NCBI GenBank assembly: GCA_016206145.1
Contig: JACQSA010000020.1
Location: forward strand, 1 to 40,301
Direction of reading: 5' to 3'
DNA: 40,301 bases
From: Candidatus Uhrbacteria bacterium
Lineage (GTDB): Bacteria; Patescibacteriota; Patescibacteriia; JACQRZ01
A model generated the notes under the pieces. It was not told the DNA's origin, ran no database searches, and worked only from the letters and a program-made list of their open reading frames with translations. This document shows positions 27,583-36,946 of this stretch, piece after piece (the first letter of the stretch is position 1; the number at the start of each line of letters is the position of its first letter). Position numbers and translations under genes: made by a program.

Positions 27583-28760
27583 ATAGAAATTTTATCCATA
27601 AGTATTTTTGCCGTATCCGTCATGGAAACTTCTCTTCCGTACCACGAAAGGTTCAAATTTTTTTCTCGAGCGGTTTGCTCCATACGCGATCGACCTTCTT
27701 CTTCAAAAGGGCCTGCGCGGCGCACAACGATTGGCACTGAGGGAGCGACATCGCGCAGAGCATCTGCGATTCCTGCCATTGTTTCTCCGATGTGCGTAAA
27801 ATTTGCAACACCCCCGACGATCCATATTCCTTTTACATTGGGTTTTGAAAACACAATCTTTGCAAGCTCATAGACTTTTTCACGTGGAGGATTGCCGGAA
27901 TACTCTGTATAATTTGCGGCCCGACCGCCAACTGCCTCAAGCGCGTCCATCATGCTGATACTTGCTCCTCCTCCGGAAAAAAGGCATGCGATGTTTCCAT
28001 CGAATTCGATATATTTTCCTGCGGTACCGCGATAATAAAATTCACCCGTATCAATAACTCGTACGGCTTGCTCCCGAGGAGTCGGCGCGCGCCCCATGAC
28101 AGTACGCGAAGGGTAGTGCCATGTATGCCGATATTCGCTGTCGTCATCAAGTATTACCTTGGCATCAAGCGCTCGAAACTCTCCTTCACTGAGCCGCACC
28201 AACGGATTTATTTCTGCCAATCGCGCGTCTTCTTCCGAAAAAAGCGTATACAGCGAACGCGAAAGAGAAACAAGCGCAAGAAGATCTTTTCCACGCACTC
28301 CGCACTTAAGAAAAAAATTGCGAATCCGAAATTCTTCAAATCCTCGCACCGGGTGGATCACTGTTTCAAATATGTCTCTTTGCTCCTCAACATGATTTCC
28401 GCCAGAAAAAGAAAAAAGTAACACGGGAGAAAAATATCTTGTCGAATAGGTCATGGAAAGATACCATTCCGCAAGTATGGAAATTTTTTCTTCGACCAAA
28501 ATTGCACACACCTGCTCTCCTTGAAACGGCTGAGCAAAAAGCATTTCACCCTTTTGTGACAAGTCTTCCGTATTCTCAGCAAAAAAAATACCGCTATGCA
28601 ATCCTCGTTTCCCTTTGAGCACCTGAACTTTGAGAACGCACGGAAATATGTCCCACACGATATGTGCAAGCTCTTCTCGCGCAGAAACGAGCACACTCTG
28701 CGGAGTCTTTATGCCATAGGAACGAAACAAATTTTTCCCTTCATGCTCGTAGAGAATCAT
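27579..28760 (-). CDS. ATP-grasp subunit with citrate-binding domain (ATP-citrate lyase / citryl-CoA synthetase large subunit)
   Basis: LYEHEGK, KVQVLKGKRG, EINPL, DAKV; SGGGAS, ANYTEYSGNP and GGVANFT match ACL-type rather than SucC-type motifs. Confidence 0.82.
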   Translation of the reverse strand: MILYEHEGKNLFRSYGIKTPQSVLVSAREELAHIVWDIFPCVLKVQVLKGKRGLHSGIFFAENTEDLSQKGEMLFAQPFQGEQVCAILVEEKISILAEWYLSMTYSTRYFSPVLLFSFSGGNHVEEQRDIFETVIHPVRGFEEFRIRNFFLKCGVRGKDLLALVSLSRSLYTLFSEEDARLAEINPLVRLSEGEFRALDAKVILDDDSEYRHTWHYPSRTVMGRAPTPREQAVRVIDTGEFYYRGTAGKYIEFDGNIACLFSGGGASISMMDALEAVGGRAANYTEYSGNPPREKVYELAKIVFSKPNVKGIWIVGGVANFTHIGETMAGIADALRDVAPSVPIVVRRAGPFEEEGRSRMEQTAREKNLNLSWYGREVSMTDTAKILMDKISI

Positions 28761-28771
28761 TCACGCAAGGG

Positions 28772-29440
28772 TTAAAGGTTAGTGTAGGGTTGGACCAGAT
28801 TCTTAATTTCTTCACGTCCATACACTCCCGATGTTACTCGATATGATGAAAGAAACCATACATCCTTTTCAAAAATAATTCCCGGACCTACTGCAGTATT
28901 CACACCAAGTTGGCACCGATCACCCAGGATCACTCCAAATTTTTTCAGTTCTGTGTCTTTGCCATCAATCACGATCTTAGCCTCGTCGAATCGCAGATTC
29001 GCCACCTTGGCGCCGGCACCAAAATGAACGTTATTGCCAAGCACTGAATCACCCACATAATTAAAGTGATCAAGCCTTACTCCGTCAAATAGGATCGATC
29101 GAATCAACTCTGTGGTATGGCCGATAACACAATTATCTCCTGTAATCACGCTGCCGCGAATATATGCGCCAGAACGGATTTCACAATTCTTTCCAATAAT
29201 AGTCGGCCCTTTGATCACTGCGCCATGTTCAATGGTGGTACCCTCACCGATCTCTACAATGTCTTCGATATGCACATCACCATGAATGACGCCACGATTC
29301 CCGGGCTTGATGATGAAACGAAGGTATTCTTCAATTCGTGGAAAAAGAATCCACATCTGACCTTCTGGCAATCCTTCAAAAAGAGACTGTACTCTCTCTG
29401 GTATGTATGTAAAAAACTGTTTCATGTGTTTCGTTGCCAT
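28772..29440 (-). CDS. Left-handed beta-helix acetyltransferase like the archaeal GlmU C-terminal domain
   Basis: Hexapeptide repeats; IKGPTIIGKNCEIRSGAYIRG; HFNYVGDSVLG; ANLRFD; KFGVILGD; no nucleotidyltransferase domain. Confidence 0.85.
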   Translation of the reverse strand: MATKHMKQFFTYIPERVQSLFEGLPEGQMWILFPRIEEYLRFIIKPGNRGVIHGDVHIEDIVEIGEGTTIEHGAVIKGPTIIGKNCEIRSGAYIRGSVITGDNCVIGHTTELIRSILFDGVRLDHFNYVGDSVLGNNVHFGAGAKVANLRFDEAKIVIDGKDTELKKFGVILGDRCQLGVNTAVGPGIIFEKDVWFLSSYRVTSGVYGREEIKNLVQPYTNL

Positions 29441-29443
29441 GCA

Positions 29444-31267
29444 CTATTCCACTGTTACGCTCTTTGCCAAATTCCGCGGCCGATCGACATCACGCCCAAG
29501 CGCTACTGCCATATGATAGGCAAAAAGTTGCAACGGCAGAGTATTGAGAAGTGGCTCGAGAAGCTCCATGGTGGGGGGGGCAAAAATTATATCCTCGGAA
29601 AAGTCACGCGCATCCTCATCGCCTTCGGTTGCGAGCAGAATAATCTTGCCTCCTCGCGCGCGGACTTCTTCGATATTGCTTCGCATTTTTTCGTACAAAG
29701 AATTCTTAGTCATGATGGCAAAGACCGGAAATGCAGGATCCAAAAGTGCGTTCACGCCATGCTTCATTTCTCCGGCAGGATATCCTTCACTATGGATATA
29801 AGAAATCTCTTTGAGTTTCAGAGAGCCTTCCAATGCGACAGGATAATTTACGCCTCTGCCCAAAAAAAGGAAATCTCGATACTCCTTATGCTTTTCAGCC
29901 AGCGTTTTGATATGCTCGCTTTGTTCTAACATCTTTTTCATTTTTTCTGGAATCTCATAAAGAGCATGGATCATGCGTTGTCCGGCTGCCACATTCATTT
30001 TTTTCATACGAGAAAACTCCAGAGCAGCAAGGAGGAGTACTGCGATCATGTTTGTGTATGCTTTGGTGGAAGCAACTGCAAGCTCCGGGCCTGCATGAAT
30101 GTATGTCCCGCCCTCTGTTTCGCGAGCAATCGTGGATCCCACTACATTTACTATGCCGCGTACAATCGCACCTTTTCGTTTTGCCTCGCGCACCGCAGCG
30201 AGCGTGTCTGCAGTTTCACCGGATTGAGAAATCACAAAAACCAACGTATGCTCATCGAGTACACAATCGCGATAGCGAAATTCAGATGCCACATCAACTT
30301 CGCAGGGTATTTCCATGAGGCGTTCAAATATGTATTTCCCGATCATGCCCGTATGATATGCGGTGCCACAGGCAACGAACACAATGCGATTTACGTTACG
30401 GATCTCTTCAGGAGTGAGATTTAATCCACCAAGATACGCAGTGCCTTCATCTTCGATAATACGACCCCGAAGCGCATCTTTATACACCGTGGGTTGATCA
30501 AAAATTTCTTTGAGCATAAAATGCGGATATCCTTGCTTTTGAGCTTGCTCATCATCCCAATCAATATGTTGGATGTCTTTATGGATGCGAGTTTCACGAA
30601 GCGTATATATGTTGATCCCTTCTCGTGTAAGTTCTGCAATCTCTCCATCATCAAGAAACGTAACATCTTTTGTGTGGGTAAGAAGCGGCGTGGGGTCAGA
30701 TGCGACATAGTATTCTCCATCCGCCATGCCGATTACAAGCGGACTTCCCATACGTGCGCAGATCAGAGTATCGGGATGATCTCTGTGCATAACAACCAGA
30801 CCATAGGTGCCATGTACGTGTTGCAACGCCTGCGCAACACTGTGACGTAGGTTGCCATCGTAATGGGACTCGATGAGATGCGCGAGAATTTCCGAATCAG
30901 TCTGCGAAACAAATGTATGTTTTTCTGAGAATTCTTTGCGAAGCTCACGATAATTTTCAATAATGCCGTTATGGACAAGAATGATATCTTCGCCACAGCC
31001 CCGATGAGGATGAGCATTGAACTCTGTAACTCCCCCATGAGTCGCCCATCGAGTATGCGCAATACCCATGGTGCCTTCGATCGTGTGCCCGCCAATTTTA
31101 TCTATCAAATTATCAATACGCCCCACAGCTCGCTCTATACTAATGCCATGCTGTCCCAAAACAGCAATGCCTGCGCTGTCGTATCCTCGATATTCAAGAC
31201 GGCGCAACCCTTGCAAAAGAAGAGGGGTCGCTTGTTTTATTCCGATATATCCGATAATTCCACACAT
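29444..31267 (-). CDS. glmS: Glutamine--fructose-6-phosphate aminotransferase
   Basis: MCGIIG, LEYRGYDSAG, HTRWATHG, SQSGETADT, VASTKAY, PRNLAKSVTVE. Confidence 0.98.
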   Translation of the reverse strand: MCGIIGYIGIKQATPLLLQGLRRLEYRGYDSAGIAVLGQHGISIERAVGRIDNLIDKIGGHTIEGTMGIAHTRWATHGGVTEFNAHPHRGCGEDIILVHNGIIENYRELRKEFSEKHTFVSQTDSEILAHLIESHYDGNLRHSVAQALQHVHGTYGLVVMHRDHPDTLICARMGSPLVIGMADGEYYVASDPTPLLTHTKDVTFLDDGEIAELTREGINIYTLRETRIHKDIQHIDWDDEQAQKQGYPHFMLKEIFDQPTVYKDALRGRIIEDEGTAYLGGLNLTPEEIRNVNRIVFVACGTAYHTGMIGKYIFERLMEIPCEVDVASEFRYRDCVLDEHTLVFVISQSGETADTLAAVREAKRKGAIVRGIVNVVGSTIARETEGGTYIHAGPELAVASTKAYTNMIAVLLLAALEFSRMKKMNVAAGQRMIHALYEIPEKMKKMLEQSEHIKTLAEKHKEYRDFLFLGRGVNYPVALEGSLKLKEISYIHSEGYPAGEMKHGVNALLDPAFPVFAIMTKNSLYEKMRSNIEEVRARGGKIILLATEGDEDARDFSEDIIFAPPTMELLEPLLNTLPLQLFAYHMAVALGRDVDRPRNLAKSVTVE

Positions 31268-31280
31268 AGATAAAGAAGGT

Positions 31281-32054
31281 CTAATGATCTAGGGAGTGGC
31301 CAAGAGCCTTCCAAAGATGATCAAAAATAATTAATTCGGTACGATAGATCGCATCATCTTGCACAACAAATGCATGCAGTTCATCATCTTGTGAGTTTTG
31401 GCTGATCGTTACTACTGTTCCTGCATAGAGAATGCGGTACGTCGGAGTGCCATGGTCTGTGGGAAGCCAGCGCCGTTCGGAAAGATCTTGGTATTCACCG
31501 CCGGCACCGACCGCAATGACATTGACTGATATTCCCCGACGAATGCGTTCTTGGGTAAAAGAAGGAAAACTATGATACAAGCTATCGCGAATTTCAACCG
31601 ATGAGTACACCCGATATAATTTTTTTTCTTGCGCACCGACAATATCAAGGACATCTTCAAGGATCAAACGAATCCCTTGACGCCCTTCATACGAACGCAC
31701 TGATGTTTTTGCGACACCGTCGCTGCGAAGCGCATTGAGCTTAGGAAGTTGCGCTTGAAGCTCTTGATAGTTTGCTTGCATCGCAGAAAGGGAGTCTTGA
31801 AAAAGAGTTACGATTTTTTCAGGACTTTCCGCAACAAAGTATTGTCGCTTCTGTTTATGATAATAGCTCACTAACCCACGATCAATGAGTGAACGAAGAA
31901 TGGTATGGGTGGTCCCTCGATTAATGTCAGCTACCCCTGCGATCTTTCGTACAGGGGAGGGGCCGGAGGTAAGTAATGCAAGGTATACACGGGCATCTTT
32001 GTCATCAAGTCCGCAACGAATAAGTAAGTTTTGAAATTCAAGTGTAGAAATCAT
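31281..32054 (-). CDS. TrmB-family transcriptional regulator
   Basis: GLDDKDARVYLALL..GPS..INRGTTHTILRSL..GLV (wHTH); VRSYEGRQGI; C-terminal IFDHLW. Confidence 0.85.
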   Translation of the reverse strand: MISTLEFQNLLIRCGLDDKDARVYLALLTSGPSPVRKIAGVADINRGTTHTILRSLIDRGLVSYYHKQKRQYFVAESPEKIVTLFQDSLSAMQANYQELQAQLPKLNALRSDGVAKTSVRSYEGRQGIRLILEDVLDIVGAQEKKLYRVYSSVEIRDSLYHSFPSFTQERIRRGISVNVIAVGAGGEYQDLSERRWLPTDHGTPTYRILYAGTVVTISQNSQDDELHAFVVQDDAIYRTELIIFDHLWKALGHSLDH

Positions 32055-32071
32055 AATAAAACTGTCATCAA

Positions 32072-32100
32072 ATACTATCGTGAGCCTCCTAAGCTGTCAA
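32072..32100 (-). promoter_or_regulatory. Sigma70 promoter for the trmB-glmS operon
   Basis: Minus strand TTGACA-17 nt-TAGTAT. Confidence 0.65.
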
Positions 32101-32201
32101 GAGAGTTTTGACTAATATCTGTTGAAAGATTGAATTGAAAGTAAAAAATGGTGTCCAAAAATTGTTGCAATTACTATAAAAAAATAGAGTAGGGTGGGTA
32201 G

Positions 32202-32230
32202 TTGCATAAACTAATAAATAAATGTAAACT
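32202..32230 (+). promoter_or_regulatory. Sigma70 promoter for the hypothetical gene
   Basis: TTGCAT-17 nt-TAAACT. Confidence 0.45.
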
Positions 32231-32256
32231 ACGTTCATAAATCATAAAAATATTTT

Positions 32257-32580
32257 ATGACTGGGAAACAAGAACGTGGGGGGATAAAACCTCTTTCAAA
32301 CGAAGAGTTAATAAAAATAATCGACCAAATAGCTGAAATGGAAGGCAAACTCGCCCTTTCGAAAGAAGAACAAGGCAAGCTCGATACGCTAAAAACTACG
32401 CTATCCGATCAAGAAATGATGCTTTCGACAGATAAGGTGAAACACCTACATGATGAGGCGAGTAAAGTAGCTATTTCCCCGGATTCAAAAAAAATTTTTG
32501 ATGAGACTACAAAGTTTATGAAACAACGAGGCGTGGAGGACCTTACCGATAAACCGTACAAAGAAAAGAGTGGAGAGTAG
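32257..32580 (+). CDS. Hypothetical charged helical protein
   Basis: 107 aa ORF with its own candidate promoter in an AT-rich gap. Confidence 0.65.
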   Translation: MTGKQERGGIKPLSNEELIKIIDQIAEMEGKLALSKEEQGKLDTLKTTLSDQEMMLSTDKVKHLHDEASKVAISPDSKKIFDETTKFMKQRGVEDLTDKPYKEKSGE

Positions 32581-32589
32581 TTTGTGAGT

Positions 32590-33666
32590 TTAGACAACCG
32601 TCACCTCTTTACACAAATACACATCTTGCACTGCTTGCACAATTTTTATTCCTTCTTCGCGGGGTTTTTGAAACGCCTTACGACCTAAGATGAGGCCGCT
32701 ACCACCTGCGCGTTTATTGATTACGGCTGTTTTGACCGCGTCTTTAAGATCGTCATTACCGCTTTCTCCCCCGGAATTGATCAAACCAATTCTTCCCATA
32801 TAACAATTTGCGACTTGATACCGCGCCAGATCAATGGGATGGTCGGAAGATAACTCGGTATACATACGCTCGTCATATTTCCCATACTTCTTTTCGCCCG
32901 CATTCAACGCCTTATACCCACCGTTGTTAGTCGACAATTTTTGCTTGATCAAATCCGCTTCAATTGTTACGCCCAAATGATTCGCTTGGCTCGAAAGGTC
33001 AGATGCAGAATGGTAATCAACGCCGTTTGCTTTAAAACCATTATTGCGAAGATAACACCAGAGTACGGTAAAGAGACCAAGACGGTGAGCTTCCGCAAAT
33101 GCTTTACTCGCTTCCTGCAACTGCCGTTTTGATTCTGACGATCCGAAATAAATCGTTGCGCCAACGCCTCGCGCTCCCATATCGTACGCTTGCTGAGCAG
33201 AAGCAAACATAGTCTGATCGTAGTCATTGGGATAGCGTAAAAAATCATTGTGATTCAGTTTTACAATGAAGGGAATTTTATCAGCATACTTTTTTGCCAT
33301 AATTCCTAACACTCCAAGCGTAGACGCAACAGCATTGCATCCTGCTTCATGGGCAAATGAAATAATATATTCCGGATCAAAATAGTCTGGATTTTTCGCA
33401 AAGCTTGCACCTGCGGAATGTTCGATTCCCTGATCTACGGGAAAAATGGAAAGATACCCTGTACCTCCGAGTCTTCCGTGTGCGTATACCCTTTTTAGAC
33501 TCTCCTGCACTTTAGCGGATCTATCTGATTGCGAAAAAATATTCTCAACATGTTTTGCGCTTGGTACAGTAAGTCGCTCTTTTGCAATTTTTGGACTGCT
33601 AAATCCCAATAATGATTCAGCATCTTTGCCTAACATTTCTTGAATCTCTGTGTATGAAGAGGACAT
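32590..33666 (-). CDS. fbaB: Class I fructose-bisphosphate aldolase
   Basis: [67 protein letters not shown]. Confidence 0.95.
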   Translation of the reverse strand: MSSSYTEIQEMLGKDAESLLGFSSPKIAKERLTVPSAKHVENIFSQSDRSAKVQESLKRVYAHGRLGGTGYLSIFPVDQGIEHSAGASFAKNPDYFDPEYIISFAHEAGCNAVASTLGVLGIMAKKYADKIPFIVKLNHNDFLRYPNDYDQTMFASAQQAYDMGARGVGATIYFGSSESKRQLQEASKAFAEAHRLGLFTVLWCYLRNNGFKANGVDYHSASDLSSQANHLGVTIEADLIKQKLSTNNGGYKALNAGEKKYGKYDERMYTELSSDHPIDLARYQVANCYMGRIGLINSGGESGNDDLKDAVKTAVINKRAGGSGLILGRKAFQKPREEGIKIVQAVQDVYLCKEVTVV

Positions 33667-33677
33667 AGATAAAAAAA

Positions 33678-34637
33678 TTAATGGATTGTTGAATGAGAAT
33701 CGAAACGATGATACGTCTCCAAAAACCGAATGGTTTTTGTTTTTACTCGCATCACTACTGAATGGGTAATGCAGTACTTATCCGTGTATCGTACACCTTG
33801 TAAAAGAGGCCCGTCAATGACACCTGTCGCCGTAAATGTCAGATCTTCCCCTTTGGCCAAATCATCAAGTAATAATTTTCCGTCAATGTCTGTAATGCCC
33901 ATGTTTGCGAGTGTTTGTTTTTGTTTATCATTTTTTGGAGCTAATCGAACTTGAAAACCGCCCCCAAGACATTTGATTGCAGCGGCGGCCAACACCGCTT
34001 CTGCGCTTGCCCCGACACCCATGAGCATATCAATGCCGGAATCAGGAAGAGATGGCGCAATCGCTGCAGCAACATCGCCGTCAGAGATAAGCCGAACCCG
34101 GGCATCAACAGCTCGAATGTCTTTGATGAGTTGTTCATGACGCGGACGATCTAGCACCACTATCATCATATCACGCACGGGCTTTTTCAACCGAGCGGCA
34201 ACACGAGTAATGTTATCGGCAACTGTTGCATCAAGATCAATTACATCTTTCCCTGCCGGACCGCATGCGATTTTGTTCATATACATGTCTGGTGCATGAA
34301 ACAACGATCCCTTAATGCCGGTAGCAATGACTGATATCGCATTGGGTCTGCCATTTGCCACGCTGTCCGTGCATTCGAGCGGATCAACGGCAATGTCAAT
34401 CTCTGGACCATTTCCAGTGCCGACGACTTCATTGATATAAAGTTCCGGCGCTTCGTCTTTTGCGCCCTCCCCGATCACAACGACTCCACGAAAATCAATG
34501 TAGTTAAATCTGTCGCGCATCTCATCCACCGCAGCGCCATCAGCTGCTTTGCCGTCTCCTCGACCAATAAAACCCGCAGCCGCAATTGCCGCGGCTTCGG
34601 TAACACGAACAAATTCGAGAGCTAAGTTTCTATCCAT
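33678..34637 (-). CDS. glpX: Class II fructose-1,6-bisphosphatase
   Basis: [61 protein letters not shown]. Confidence 0.95.
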   Translation of the reverse strand: MDRNLALEFVRVTEAAAIAAAGFIGRGDGKAADGAAVDEMRDRFNYIDFRGVVVIGEGAKDEAPELYINEVVGTGNGPEIDIAVDPLECTDSVANGRPNAISVIATGIKGSLFHAPDMYMNKIACGPAGKDVIDLDATVADNITRVAARLKKPVRDMMIVVLDRPRHEQLIKDIRAVDARVRLISDGDVAAAIAPSLPDSGIDMLMGVGASAEAVLAAAAIKCLGGGFQVRLAPKNDKQKQTLANMGITDIDGKLLLDDLAKGEDLTFTATGVIDGPLLQGVRYTDKYCITHSVVMRVKTKTIRFLETYHRFDSHSTIH

Positions 34638-34665
34638 AACTGGTATTTAAAAATGATATTTTCTT

Positions 34666-34741
34666 TGGTGGACCGTACCGGGATCGAACCGGTCGCCTTC
34701 GCCATGCCATGGCGACGCTCTACCAAATGAGCTAACGGCCC
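34666..34741 (-). tRNA. tRNA-Ala (GGC)
   Basis: Minus GGGCCGT...ACGGTCC-ACCA with G3:U70; anticodon arm TCGCC-ATGGCAT-GGCGA; GGTTCGATCC. Confidence 0.96.
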
Positions 34742-34865
34742 AGAATCTATAAAAAATCATCGAACTCACTCCTTATATTGTCTCAATGAGTAATTTTGTC
34801 AATTGCTCCAATTCATGTACAAAACAATTCATCTCTATATTGCCTTGAAGGTGAAGTGTTTTTTT

Positions 34866-35138
34866 CTAAAGGTATTTATAGATGTCGTGTGTGCCAATAG
34901 AAATGAAAAGAATGTCACCATTCTTCTGACGTTCAAATATAATCCGATAATTCCCTGATATTGAGAGTGAATATATGCCTTCCAATTTGCCACGCAGAGC
35001 ATGGAGACGCAAAGATGGATGAAGGGGATTATTCCGAAAAATTCTCTCCTTTACAATAGCAAGTCTGATAATTTCAGTTGGCAACGTTTTTAATTCTTTT
35101 ATAAATTTCGACGAATAGAAAATCGTCGTAACAATCAT
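34866..35138 (-). CDS. RelE/StbE (YafQ-like) mRNA interferase toxin
   Basis: YSSKFIKELK, NPLHPSLRLHALRGKL, YSLSISGNYRIIF, IGTHDIY; ATG 35138 lies 4 nt after the antitoxin stop. Confidence 0.88.
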   Translation of the reverse strand: MIVTTIFYSSKFIKELKTLPTEIIRLAIVKERIFRNNPLHPSLRLHALRGKLEGIYSLSISGNYRIIFERQKNGDILFISIGTHDIYKYL

Positions 35139-35142
35139 ATCT

Positions 35143-35370
35143 TTATAGAAGATCGGCGAGTGATCGTGCTTTAATCGCTTTGCCTGCCCTATATTCCTTC
35201 CGAGACTCACGCACTGTTTTGATAAGCTCTTTTTCAGAAATAGTATCTTGGTCCGCACGAAGTAAATACTTCACATAAGCACTCATGGAATCAAACCCTT
35301 GTTGCTTTGTTTTTGTTTTAATAAATTGTGCCTCTTGGGGTGAAAGCGAAAGTGTTACAACCTGTCGCAT
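35143..35370 (-). CDS. Putative RHH antitoxin
   Basis: RQVVTLSL...GFDSMSAYVKYLL (RHH); C-terminal RKEYRAGKAIKARSLADLL; directly upstream of the toxin. Confidence 0.8.
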   Translation of the reverse strand: MRQVVTLSLSPQEAQFIKTKTKQQGFDSMSAYVKYLLRADQDTISEKELIKTVRESRKEYRAGKAIKARSLADLL

Positions 35371-35397
35371 AGGCGTATGAACAATGATTATAGAGAT

Positions 35398-35427
35398 AAT
35401 GTATTACAGATGTATTCCAGTTGTCAA
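35398..35427 (-). promoter_or_regulatory. TA promoter with tandem operator-like repeats
   Basis: Minus TTGACA-18 nt-TACATT; plus-strand repeats TGTATTACAG (35400) and TGTATTCCAG (35411) lie between the boxes. Confidence 0.5.
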
Positions 35428-35452
35428 ACGAAACAAAACATCTATTACCGTC

Positions 35453-35698
35453 TTACATGTCATTTCTTTTTCTGCCAATATTTTTCCCATTCACTAAATT
35501 CCGTGAGGGTTTCAAGTTTTTTACCCTATCTGTTAGGAACTTACCGTTGAGATAATCTACTTCATGCTGAAAAACTCTGGCGTGAAAACCTGATAGTTTG
35601 AATTGTATAGTCTTACCATAACGGTCTAAGCCAGTTACTGTGCAGGAATTTGCTCGTGGCACAAGAGCTCTGATGTTTGCTGATAGATCACCTTCCCA
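35453..35698 (-). pseudogene. def: C-terminal remnant of peptide deformylase
   Basis: In-frame WEGDLS..VPRA...ARVFQHEVDYLNG (compare EGCLS and QHExDHLxG); N-terminal half absent. Confidence 0.8.
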
Positions 35699-35701
35699 TT
35701 T

Positions 35702-35778
35702 TGGTGGGCATTGCAGGATTCGAACCTGCGACCTTTCGGATGTAAACCGAACGCTCTAACCAACTGAGCTAAATGCCC
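35702..35778 (-). tRNA. tRNA-Val (TAC)
   Basis: Minus GGGCATT...AATGCCC-ACCA; anticodon arm TTCGG-TTTACAT-CCGAA. Confidence 0.96.
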
Positions 35779-36612
35779 TTATGAAAGATACTGATTTATC
35801 TCGTCTCGCAGCTTCAATGTCTCGCGTCGCGCAGCATCGGAAAAATCTTTTTTCTTTGATGCAAAAATAATACCACGAGATGAGTTGATGATCATGCCTT
35901 GTCCCTTGCTATTTTTTCCCGCTTGTACTGTTTTTTGTACATCGCCACCTTGGGCTCCAATACCAGGAATCAGGATGGGTATATCGCCTACGATCGTTCG
36001 AACTTCTTCCAACTCTTTAGGATACGTTGCGCCCACGACAACCGCACAATTTCCATTGACATTCCATGTTTCTTTCACTTGCCGCGCTACCTTTATATAA
36101 AGAGGTTTTCCGTCTACAAGTAAATCCTGAAATTCGCCAGCGCCATTGTTTGATGTGCGGCACAGAATAATACAACCTTTATCTTTCTGGTCAAGGAATG
36201 GTTTTAGTGCTTCGCCGCCCAAATACGGATGAAGAGTAATGGCGTCGTAACCGAATACATCAAATGCTGCCTTCGCGTAGGCATCGTTTGTCGATCCGAT
36301 ATCTGCTCGTTTTGCATCCAAAATAAGCGGGATAGCAGAATACTTCTCGCGGACATATTGCGCTGTTTTGATGAGTGCGAAAATCCCTTCTGCGCCACAT
36401 GCTTCATAATACGCAATCTGTATTTTGTATGCACACACTGCATCTGCGGTCGCATCAATGAGAGCTGTATTAAATAAAAACAACGCCTCTTGGACACTAC
36501 CACTTTTCAAATGTTCGGGAATTTTCCCATAATCGCTATCAAGCCCTACGCACACAGCCGTGCTCTGTGCCCATCGATCTTGAAGAAGTGAAATGAAATT
36601 CCGCGTATTCAT
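35779..36612 (-). CDS. pyrF: Orotidine-5'-phosphate decarboxylase
   Basis: VCVGLD, YKIQIAYYE, LDAKRADIGST, TLHPYLG, LCRTSN, VVGATYP, IPGIGAQGG, NSSRGI; ATG 36612 (the longer start lies inside tRNA-Leu). Confidence 0.95.
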   Translation of the reverse strand: MNTRNFISLLQDRWAQSTAVCVGLDSDYGKIPEHLKSGSVQEALFLFNTALIDATADAVCAYKIQIAYYEACGAEGIFALIKTAQYVREKYSAIPLILDAKRADIGSTNDAYAKAAFDVFGYDAITLHPYLGGEALKPFLDQKDKGCIILCRTSNNGAGEFQDLLVDGKPLYIKVARQVKETWNVNGNCAVVVGATYPKELEEVRTIVGDIPILIPGIGAQGGDVQKTVQAGKNSKGQGMIINSSRGIIFASKKKDFSDAARRETLKLRDEINQYLS

Positions 36613-36621
36613 ATCGAATTG

Positions 36622-36708
36622 TGGTGCCCAGGAGAGGACTCGAACCTCCACACCCTGGCGGGCAACAGCCCCTCAAGCTGCCGTGTATACCAGTTTCACC
36701 ACCTGGGC
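36622..36708 (-). tRNA. tRNA-Leu (GAG)
   Basis: Minus GCCCAGG...CCTGGGC-ACCA; anticodon arm GCAGC-TTGAGGG-GCTGT; long variable arm. Confidence 0.96.
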
Positions 36709-36713
36709 ATAGT

Positions 36714-36929
36714 TTACAAAACGGGTTGAAGAAACCCTTCCACCTGAACTGCAAAATCCTTCGTTTTTAAAAAAACGTTTTTTCGGGCAGACAAAATCTC
36801 AACTCCGGCAACATGATTGTCTGCATCGTAATCAATAGCAATATCATCAGTAAGACGCTTTGTCGTCACTGTTGTATCTCGAAACTCTACATAAAGCACA
36901 TCACTCGTTGGGTCATATTTAATTTTCAT
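36714..36929 (-). CDS. DUF2283 family protein (putative antitoxin)
   Basis: MKIKYDPTSDVLYVEF...DYDADNHVAGVEILSA. Confidence 0.88.
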   Translation of the reverse strand: MKIKYDPTSDVLYVEFRDTTVTTKRLTDDIAIDYDADNHVAGVEILSARKNVFLKTKDFAVQVEGFLQPVL

Positions 36930-36946
36930 ACCGTAACTTTTATTTA

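Noticed and set aside
29117-29929. 270-aa plus-strand ORF (also the 212-aa ORF at 27235-27873)
   Set aside because: Antisense shadows of well-supported genes with no recognisable motifs.
34821-34865. Hairpin downstream of the RelE toxin as its terminator
   Set aside because: Imperfect stem with a 14-nt loop that pairs better on the plus strand, opposite to the toxin gene; too weak to call.
35139-35258. Longer 130-aa start for the RelE toxin
   Set aside because: Overlaps the antitoxin gene; the RelE-like sequence begins at ATG 35138.
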